Shown here: in pieces, positions 11,791 to 21,815 of the stretch | Layout of the letters: each line of letters opens with the position of its first letter | Position numbering within the stretch: the stretch's first letter is position 1 | Assembly (NCBI RefSeq): GCF_964204865.1 | Contig: NC_135255.1 | Location: 10,416,001-10,480,000 of the forward strand | From: Styela clava | Taxonomy: Eukaryota | Direction: 5' to 3' | Length of the DNA stretch: 64,000 nucleotides | Notes under the pieces: model-generated | What the model was told of the DNA's origin: nothing | What the model saw: the letters and a program-made list of their open reading frames with translations, nothing else | Database searches by the model: none | Program-made: the position numbers and the translations under genes

Positions 11791-12705
11791 CTAATAAGAG
11801 ACAGTTATCCATAATGTCAGCCTTTCTACCACTATAAACTTGATTGACAGAATTGTATTGAAATTTGAATGACACACTGATGCTATATTCAATTTCCATT
11901 TGATTGCTTCCGCCTATATTACCACCTATTCCGGCTATTGTTTTGATTCTTTTATTTCGAAAGCGTACTGTTTTTCTATTTCAATTTCCTCGAGTTACTT
12001 GGCTTTCTGTGATGGAATACATTCATCGTCATCTAATCATTTGGTTTTACTCTGTTTTTTTGTTTTCATATTGTTGTACTGAGCTTTAATTTAATGAGTG
12101 TGAATCAAGTTATCTGCCAACTTTATTAAAAAAAGTCGATTTACCTCACTCATTTTTCAGATATTAGCGATCAAAGCCCCATGTTCTCAGCAAGACATTA
12201 TTCGCCGACTCTCGATAAAACTTTAATATCAATGCATTGATGAATATGTATATGACGTTACAAAGAAAAGGGATTTACCACTTTATGGAATTTATATTTG
12301 TAATCCTTTAAATTGTGTCTAAGTTTTTTTTCCCTACATTTTTATTATTGGTGATTTGAAAAATACGATCGCAGACAGTATAAAAGTTTTGTAATTTAGT
12401 CTATGTTCGTGATTGCGGTTGCCAATTTTTTATATACGCTACAAAATCCACAGCAAAGAGAAATAACAATGGCTCGGTTGCAAAAAAACCGCTGAAGTTC
12501 GTCATCGCAAAAAAGCATGCATTAAAATCTTATATATTAATCAATACCCCACCCCTGTGATTATTAAGTGCAATATTATGTCGAGCCACCCAAAGATCAA
12601 TAAAACTTGTTGACGACTCCCGAATCAGTGAAGACCCGCAGTGAAAAGCGTTATGTTACAAAATAAAATAAATACAAAAAACAGCTTCAAGAGCCTCAAG
12701 AGAGT

Positions 12706-13020
12706 AAACGAGAATATCGGTCAGAGACCGAAGACTTATCGATCGAAAGTTAGGGGATCCCAAAACAGCGCTTTTACTCCATAGTGACACCTTGTGTCCC
12801 GTCACTAATTAATTAATAACTGGCTAACTATACGACATAATTCGCCCAAAATCAATAGGCTTCTGGTCCGAGATATGATGAATGCACCGCGAATGCAAAA
12901 TATAGAGCAGATTCAATTTCGCTTTTGTGAGATATCGCGTGCATCTAACAGACATACAGACAGACAGACAGACAGACAAATACCTATCAACATATTTACC
13001 GATTAAAATCGATAAGTAAT
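12706..13020 (-). mobile_element. Helentron/DINE-1-like non-autonomous element
   Basis: Subterminal inverted ACTTATCGAT motifs and a (CAGA)n microsatellite; homologous in reverse orientation to 17661-17936 and 17936-18210. Confidence 0.65.
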
Positions 13021-13772
13021 AATGCAAAACGTACACACAGCGTTATTTTCTCTCTTCACTGAACATACGGTTCGCGTTGTTTAGCTGTAAACGGGGCCAA
13101 AATATGAGCTACTCTTTTTTATTCTATGGATAACAACAAATTTACCTGAATGTTTCGTTTCTATCGTCACATAAATTTCAGTGAAATTGGATATTAGAAC
13201 AATTCTCAGTTGATCGGATTCGTAACGGGTTCACTACTGCAACGCCATTGTTTCTTTTTTTTATATGTTGATATAATAACTGAATGAAGACACCGCGTGT
13301 CTACCAAGTATTTTACCGAAGCTGAATAAGATCGCGGTGCTCAAATACATGGAAATGAATTTTAAAAATCGGCGTCATATGAATATACGTATCCGTTATA
13401 AAGGTGTCATAGTGTAAAATCTATGTATAGTCGGCGGTGAACAAAAACATATCAGTATTTTACCATAGCAACTTGCATTTGAATACACTGCCAAGAATTT
13501 GAATAGTTGCGCAACATAGAGCATTCGATTCTGGGTTTTAAGGGGGTGCATTCGCGATAGGCAATGAAACACCTTGTGATAAAACTACCTTAATCAAATT
13601 TATTATGGAAATGTGACGGTTAAACATGATAATATTCCGTCTATTCATGAAGAAGTCCACTTTTCACTGATGCCGATTAGAGCCACGCACAGTGCAATTT
13701 TCAAAGGCATACTTGTGGGGTAGCGGAAAGTTCAATCAGTTCACAGGTGGGTGTCTCCAAAATGCCGTGTCC

Positions 13773-13970
13773 GACTTGTACCACATGTCACACTTAACCC
13801 ACGTGTATCACGTGTCCCACCACTTGTCCCACGTGTACCACTTGTACAAGGTGTCCCACTTGTGCCACATGTCACACCCAACCCACTTGTACCACGTGTC
13901 ACACTTGTACCATGTGTCCTACATGTCACACTTAACCCACGTGTCCCACTTGTTTCACGTGCCCCACTCG
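13773..13970. repeat. 9-bp-period minisatellite (CACNTGTNN)n
   Basis: About 22 degenerate 9-mers (CACTTGTAC, CACGTGTCC, CACATGTCA), which account for the overlapping low-complexity ORFs on both strands. Confidence 0.9.
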
Positions 13971-16257
13971 GCACTGAAATAAAAAAATAAATTAATTGTG
14001 CGTTGGATTTCCCTATGTAACCATTTCTTTATATTGCTGCCGAAAGTTTCAGTGTATTCATTACACAAAGTTGTAAACGCGACGCGGATTGTGAAGGTGA
14101 ATTATCCTAACTTGCTCTATCTAACCACGAAACAACACGTTTGCAGAAACTACCATAATTTGATTAAAAAAGTGTCTCGGCAGAACATTTCGTCACGCTA
14201 ATAACCGAATTGCGTAAGACATTTTTGGCGATTTTGAGTTTTTTATAAATTAGGTATTTATGTAATGCTGCGCACCTGTCTGTTAACTCAGATTTTATTT
14301 TAAGAATTCCGAAACCCATAAAAATGAAGATTTAGTATGACATGCACATTTGTGCAATTGCATCGTCATAATGAATTATCATTGTTGCCGCAGGACTGTC
14401 GTGACATCACAAAGGCAAAATAACCTCGACGAAGTATTTTCGAGTTTTTGCATCTCGGATTTTAGCTTAGCGTGTATTAATTTGAATTTATATTACAGTA
14501 TAGGAAGACGTACACTTGTGATATTCACTGTCCGAGTCCAATTCACCTTGGTTGGCTTTTATATTGGGTGCATTGCTGTTTTATTCTTTATTACTTATCG
14601 ATCTTAAGATCGCAGTTGAAAATAAAACATTAGAAGTCGTGAAATTTGGGAGAGAAGTATAACTCACGGATGTCAGTAGCGTCAAAATCGTTTATATATA
14701 AGTACAAAAACACGCTCACCTGTAGCGCCGATCAATTGCATTAAATGTGAAACTAGTACTTGGAATTTAATGTTTAACAAGTTGATTTGTAATTGCCATT
14801 CAATGAATATTATTAACATGCGCCGTGATTAGTTAGGGGCAAATATTTTATTAGTCGAATTATTCGAATATTTCCAACGAACACAACACTGAATAATGAG
14901 TATTGTCATTTCAAACAACCGTAATTGGAATGTCGGCCGCCGAACGATCGCTGTGACAAATTTTTTTTTCGGAATTTGCTTGAAGATTGAAAACTTCATA
15001 ACAATGCGGCGTTTTTTATTTTATAATTTTGTCATAATCCAAGGCCGCAGTAAATATTTTTGTCACCGCGATCCTTTCGGTGGCTTGACATCCCAATTAA
15101 TGCTAATAAACTATATATATTGAAGCATTCTTTATTCATCAGTAAGTATTAATTCTCATGCAACGGCGGATATCGTAGTTTGGTTTTTATTTTTTAGACA
15201 GAAAATTGATTTGACATCGGCGACGATGTCAAAGACAACTATTAAGGAGTGCACGCAAATTAATTTTATGTTGGTTTTTATCTTTTTCGTAGGATTTGTA
15301 TCACAGTTTGTAAATTAAGGTTCCAATTTTAAGCGAACAGTATTACTCACCCCAGAATGCGATATTTTTGAAGATGATATTTGACTTTTTTATGCTTTCA
15401 ATTTTATATCGTGTCCGCGTTAAATAATAATAATTAAAAACTCCGCAAATTAGTAATCTCTTGAATAATCAGTGTAGAATATTCACGTAACTCAGCTTTG
15501 GAATAAAACACTGATACTGCCCACTTGAATAAATGGGCAATAATGGTATTTCTACGTGGTCGAAATAAGATTTCTCCCAGTCCCCAAAATTCCTATAGAA
15601 TACAATGTTTACCAGTCATACTTATCTGGTTCGACAATTCTAAATTTATAAAAAAAAAAACGGTATGGGCGCGCTTTATGCAAAATTAGAAATTGGAAAA
15701 TATGATAGGCGCAAAAATAAAATAAAAATTCCTGCTTTTATCATTTTAATTAACCTGTTAGCGAAATACGTCGGTTAATTCTTGTCTGTACCTCGTTGTA
15801 AATTATTGTTAATAAATTTTAATTTTCTTTTCAATGCGCTGTGATTTGTATAATAAAAGTGATTGAGTCATGAATGGAGGGAAGGAAATACGCCGTACTG
15901 AATTGCAATCAATAATAATTACAAATTCGCATTTATCAGTATTAGCGATAACCAAAAAAATAACACATATAGTAAAGACGAAAAAGGTCTGGCGATGTTT
16001 AATGCGCTACGATGATAACGCACAGAATAACACGACCGATGCCACAAAGGGGTGCTTTTACATATCGAAATTTTGATTCGAATTTCTACATTGTGATATG
16101 AGAACTAGCTTTCTTTCAACCTAGCTGAACGACCAAATATATTCTTGGGGTGAACGAGGGAGAAAGAGAAGACAAAATAGTTCAGTTAATTAACGTGAGT
16201 ACGATAAATATTCGTTTTGTTCAGCAATAACACAACTATACATCAGATTTTTTGGAG

Positions 16258-17463
16258 TGACTTCGATCGCCAATATCTGAGGGATGGGTGAGGTAAATCG
16301 AATTTTCTCAATAAAGTCAGGTAAATTGATTCACACTCATTAGTTTAAAGCTCAGTACAACACAATAGGGAAAAAAGAGTAAAAACAAAAGAATAGATGC
16401 CGATGATTGAGATATGCATTCCGTCACAAAGTAACAAAGTAACTCAATGACATCACAATAGAAAACAGGACGCTTTCGAAATAAAAGAATAAAAACAATA
16501 GCAGGTGTGTAGTCCATAGGCAGAAGCAATCAAATGGAAATAGAATATACCATCAGTATGTCAACATTCAATCCAACTTATAGTAGTAGAAAGGCTGACA
16601 GTATCGATAACTGCCTCTTATTACAAGGATAGGATTTACATATCTATCTCAGTGGAGAGGAAAGCCAATAAAACGACTTAATCATTTCCTTCGATTTTTC
16701 CTGTCAGATGCCCGTAATTGATGATAGAGGAAGCCGTGACCTACGAACGATAACCTGAACCACCCTACGGCGAGGAGTCCATCCCCTTGCACATAATCAT
16801 CCCCCACGGGATTCTAACCTGGGAACCACGCAGGGTAATCAGGTGTACCATGGCGAGCGTATTCCCAACACTTAGCACAATGTGGCACACCGCCACTGTT
16901 TGTCGTTCATGGACTACATACTAACGAAAGCTTATAAAAATGACAAATTGTTGGTAGAAAAAATGATATATATTTCTAATATGTAAATGAGTTAAGATGA
17001 AGACAATTATCATTCATTACGTAGGTCCAAAACGTGATTGAGATTGAATGACATTACAGAAAGCTTCGAGGTGGGCGAAAAAGTTTTCAGAAAATTTCTT
17101 CTCGAAAACTGACGTTTGCGCGAATGTAATTTTGCGAGAATAGACTTTTGAAAAAGTACAAGAGAATAGAAGGTCTGACGGTACTACAAACCACATTCTC
17201 GTGAAATAACCTGAACCGAGATACGATGGCGAATGTTCAAACTTGTAAATTTAGCCCATAATACTGCGATACGAACCTCACACACTCACTATTTATATAC
17301 AAAACGTTGTATTGCAAAAAGGATATACATAAATTTTGAAAATGCAAATGCGGCTATTGCGAGGGAGTAGGGATTTCTGGAGTCATATTTCCAATTACTC
17401 AAATTTGGGCGTGAAATTAATACACTCCCGCATCCGTATTATTCGGATTGATTTCGTATTGTT
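16258..17463. repeat. Right arm of the inverted segmental duplication (contains a minus-strand SINE at ~16626-16897)
   Basis: Reverse complement of 10616-12178, lacking the 11191-11581 MITE. Confidence 0.9.
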
Positions 17464-18210
17464 ACTTATCGATCTCGACCGGTAAGTATGTTGATAAGTA
17501 TTTGTCCCTTGTTACTTATCGATCTTGATCGGTAAGTATGTTGATAAGTATTTGTCCCTTGTTACTTATCGATCTTGACCGGTAAGTATGTTGATAAGTA
17601 TTTGTCCCTTGTTACTTATCGATCTCGACCGGTAAGTATGTTGATAAGTATTTGTCCCTTGTTACTTATCGATCTTGATCGGTAAGTATGTTGATAGGTA
17701 TTTGTCTGTTTTTCTGTCTGTAAGATGCACGCGATATCTCACGGGAGCGAGGTTGAATCTGCTCCAAATTTTGCATGTGCTCGGACCAGAAGTCTATTGA
17801 TATTGGATGGATTATGTCGTATAATTGGCGAGTTATTAATTAATAAGTGATGAGACACGCGGTGTTGCTATTGAGTCAAAGCGAAGGAATCGAAACCGTA
17901 GATCGATAAGTCGGTGGTCATCGATCGATATCTAGTTACTCATCGATCTCAATGAGAGGTATTTGTCTGTTTGTTTCACATTCGTATGTTACGCGATATC
18001 TCACGAAAGCGAGGTTAAATCTGCTCCAAATTTTGCAAGTGCATTCATCATATCTCGGACCAGAAGCCTATTAATTTGGATGAATTATGTCGTATAAATA
18101 GCGTGTTATTAATTAATTAGTGATGGGACACGCGTTGTCGCTATTGAGTCAGAGCGAAGGAATCTAAACCGCAAGATCGATAAGTCGGCGGTCTCCGATC
18201 ACTATCTAGT
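17461..18210 (+). repeat. 50-bp tandem array of Helentron-like 5' ends followed by two head-to-tail element copies
   Basis: GTTACTTATCGATCT(C/T)GA(C/T)CGGTAAGTATGTTGATAAGTATTTGTCCCTT x4 (17461-17660). The fifth unit runs into a full element ending GATCGATAAGT...ATCTAGT (17936); a second copy ends ATCTAGT at 18210. Confidence 0.85.
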
Positions 18211-18626
18211 TTACTACAGTCGGTACAATTTGAAACGATGTTTCGAAAAATTTAGGAAATTTTTATTTCGAGAGTGTCTGCTATATCTAAATTGTCATTC
18301 ACGGCTTGTTTGAAAGAGGATGTTGAATACAACACACTGAATTAGCAATTCGTCTATATCACTACTCAGTACAATTTAAAGCGATGTCTCGAAAATTTTC
18401 ATTTCAAGAGTGTCTGCTATATCTAAATTGTCATTCACGGCTTGTTTGAAAGAGGATGTTGAATACAACACACTGAATTAGCAATTCGTCTGTATCACTA
18501 GCTTGTCTACTACAGTCGGTATAATTTGAAGCGATGTCTCGAAAATTTTCATTTCAAGAGTGTCTGCTATATCTAAATTATCATTCACGGCTTGTTTGAA
18601 AGAGGATGTTGAATACAACACACTGA
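18211..18626. repeat. ~150-bp tandem repeat, 3 units (a partial 4th unit resumes at ~21291-21352)
   Basis: Near-identical GAGAGTGTCTGCTATATCTAAATTGTCATTCACGGCTTGTTTGAAAGAGGATGTTGAATACAACACACTGA units. Confidence 0.9.
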
Positions 18627-19152
18627 CCTTATTCATTAAAAACCCATCCTACGCGCAAAATGAAAAGTGATGTAAAAAAAACAATTTTAACATTAGCTCT
18701 TATGGGGAAAGTGATCACCAGAGCAGAAATTTGCATTTTTTGTTATTTTCTAGATATCTTTCATTGTATACGTGAGCAGTTTTGAGGATAGAATATTTTT
18801 TACATCCTTTTTGATATTTTTATCATGATAAATATGGTCAAGATTTTTGAAAATCGTTCATTGAAATTCTTATGAGCGCGGTGTTTCCGATGACGTCATT
18901 CTCACTAGACCATGAGATTCTGCCAACACGCCGTGCTCTGTGGGATATGCGCTCCAACTGCTTGTGATAACAGAATACTAGTATACCGGTACCGCGACCA
19001 CAACTGGCGCTCAACGAAAGACCTATTTTGGTTTTTATATATTTCATGAATTCCATGTAACTATGTACATTTCTGGCACACCTTTCAGAATCCAATGGCC
19101 TAACTCAGTTCATATGTTGACACCATGTACCTATCCCAAAATTGGTGATGTT

Positions 19153-19535
19153 CAGGGTTGGATTTAGATTATGAGAGGCCCCTTCATATTTTTGAGCTCA
19201 GAATTTCTCTCTAAACAACACCACATGTCATTGCTTAAAATCTAAAAATATGAGTGCATTAAACTTTTCATTCTCCCTTTAACATAGAAACTTCCAGCAA
19301 AATGCGCATAATAATAATTTCCCTTTTATGATGCAAACGACGCAATAATGGCTGTTTACAATGTGGTTGAAACCAGTTGTGTACAGAATTTTCTACTCTG
19401 AAAAGCTTGATATATATATATATACTTTTCGTAGAGTTTAAACTTGTCAAGTTTTCAAAAGAATTACAAACTTCGAAACCAAATTTCGAGGCTCTAGGTT
19501 TCAGCCTGCCTAGCCTATTGGTAAATCCAGCCATG
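19153..19535. mobile_element. hAT-type MITE nested in the foldback element
   Basis: CAGGGTTGGATTTA ... TAAATCCAGCCATG; TSD GTGATGTT / GTGATGGT. Confidence 0.75.
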
Positions 19536-20414
19536 GTGATGGTCCCTACAGCAAATTTCAGGCCCTAATCACTCAGCAAATTGGAATAAATGGTTTCCAG
19601 CATTTATTAGCAAAGATAGATATTTTAACTAAAAACATATAGTTCCTGTATAATGATATTATAAATATATGTCCCATTATTACTGCATTGTGAGAAGGCT
19701 TTCTACACTATCAAGTCTATGAGGTTTTAGCGTCTTCCAATGTCTCAGATGGAAACTTCAGTCTTCATTTCGCATATTCTTTTCATTAATGCCATTAGCA
19801 TTTGAAGCTTGACTGATTCCAATGTACCTTTTCCATTGTTGTTTAATGTAATATCCTAAACGTGACTTCAAATTTTTTTCTCACTTCAATCCTCACATGT
19901 TTGAATACCCGAGCTGACTTCTACTGATTTGTTATTAATTTACAGTTTTCTTTTTATAAATTAACTGTCGTACTTGCTGAGTGTCCACTAAGTGAAAATC
20001 TACAAAAAAATCAGTGGTTTAATAATGGACTACATTTCTAACCGAATCAAAAAATATTCCGTAACTTAGTCAACCCTTCCTCCAAGGAGATTTTGTTAAA
20101 TTGTTCAAACATTTTGATTAACTGTTAATCTTGATAGCGAACATGGGGGGTTATACCGAATAACTGTGTGTTTTGTATATAATTTGTATTGATTCAATGC
20201 TTGTATTCTGGTTGACGAAATAAATCTTTCTCTCGTATTCAGTCATGTTTTTTAACCTAGTTAGGAGACCGGTATTGAACCAATATAGGTTGGAGATATT
20301 CATCTATTTTGTATACCGGTACCAACGACTAACATACCGACCGGTACCGTACAACTTATCCTGCCTATTGGCAGGCTGGCCAACATTTTTGTTCGTAGGC
20401 CTATTTCAGTATTA

Positions 20415-20745
20415 GGATAGGATTTACATATTTATCCCGGGGAGAGGAAAGCCGATAAGACGGCTTATCCATATGGCGAACCACGGCCTCTCGTCCGGTT
20501 ACCATTCCAAGTCGGTTATGGGATTAGTTATATTGTTTGTTTTCGGAAGCATGGACTTGGTGGTGGGGGAAGCCGTAACCGACCAGCGGTTACGTGAACC
20601 ACCCAACGACAGCGAGGAGTCCAGCAATCCTATCGCACATAACCATCCCTGCATGAGATTCGAACCTGCGAACCCACGCAGAGTAATTAGAGGTGCGGTG
20701 GCGGTCTTGCAGCCACACCTCTTGCCTCTCCACACCTCTTGCAGC
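20415..20745 (-). mobile_element. tRNA-derived SINE copy
   Basis: B-box GGTTCGAATC on the minus strand, core shared with the 11095 and 27460 copies, GGATAGGAT tail. Confidence 0.75.
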
Positions 20746-21522
20746 CTTGGTACGGTACCGTACCGGTAGTTTAAATAACACGTCAGCATGCCTTCAGTAA
20801 ATGATTGCTAGCTGTACAGGTATAAATGCGTAAAACCAGTAAACAAACGTGATAGAAATGGTATGGGTTATAGATTGTCAATGTTAAACGCTTCCAGTGC
20901 CGGTACTGTACCCAAAGCGACATTAGCGCCACTTTGCAGCGCATATTCATAGTCACTTTGATCCCACAGAGCACGGCGCGTTGGCAGAATCTCATGGTCT
21001 AGCTAGTGAGAATGACGTCATCGGAAACACCGCGCTCATTAAAATTTTAATGAACGATTATCAAAAATCTTGACCATGTTTATCATGATAAAAATATTAA
21101 AAAAGATGTAAAAAATATTCTATCCTCAAAACTGCCCACGTCTACATTGAAAGATATCTAGAAAATTACAAAAAATGCTAATTTCTGCTCTGGTGATCAC
21201 ATCCCCATAAGAGCTAATGTTAAAATTGTTTTTTTTACATCCCCTTTTTTTTTGCGCGTAGGGTGTGTTTTTAATGAATAAGGTCTCTTGTTTACTACAG
21301 TCGGTATAATTTGAAGCTACGTCTCGAAAATTTTCATTTCTAGAGTGTCTGCGACGAAAGGAAGTCTAGACTAGATATCTCTGTCTAGTAATTACGCTCG
21401 CAAGTCGACTAAGAAAACTTTTCGATAGACACCTAAGTGGTGTTTCTCGCGTATTTGAACGGCGGGGAATAACTCTTTATGGGAGATGTCAATCGTTGCA
21501 CAGATTTGCGGGGGACATTGAG

Positions 21523-21815
21523 ATAGTCAGTGGTACTTTCCATGATGTTAAGGTATACTTGAACTATACGCATTCCTTTCATTTTTCGTAAACACTCAAC
21601 AACAAGTTTTTCAGTTTTTTGAACAGAAATTAAATTTTCTTCCACGGTTGGATAAGGGATTCTCGAAGTAAAATTGAAAACTGTAATTTTTGAATCAAAT
21701 TCAATTCACCTATCTTATATATACAGTCGTTATTTTTGTGAACGGTAATATTTCATGTATTACTTTTTGTTCAAGTAGGTATTTTTCTGTTTGAAGTAGT
21801 CAATTTAAAATAACC
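21523..21815 (+). promoter_or_regulatory. Upstream region shared by family A copies 3 and 1 (inverted match to 648-962)
   Basis: Colinear similarity; TATATATA about 95 bp before the ATG; kappaB-like GGTACTTTCC at 21532-21541 (GGAAAGTACC at 945-954). Confidence 0.45.

Larger units (their letters stand above)
10616..12178. repeat. Left arm of an inverted segmental duplication (partner 16258-17463)
   Basis: Colinear reverse-complement matches, e.g. AAAACTTTTTCGCCCACCTCGAAGCTTTCTGTAAT vs ATTACAGAAAGCTTCGAGGTGGGCGAAAAAGTTTT; the match includes unique flanks on both sides of a shared SINE. Confidence 0.9.
18626..21285. mobile_element. Foldback-type element with ~320-bp terminal inverted repeats, non-coding
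   Basis: GACCTTATTCATTAAAAAC...GTGCTCTGTGGGAT (18626-18946) mirrored at 20961-21285; no long ORF; no TSD visible. Confidence 0.8.

Noticed and set aside
17461-17710. Regular 50-bp repeats resembling a CRISPR array
   Set aside because: Units abut with no unique spacers, there are no cas genes, the context is eukaryotic, and the unit is the 5' end of an interspersed element.
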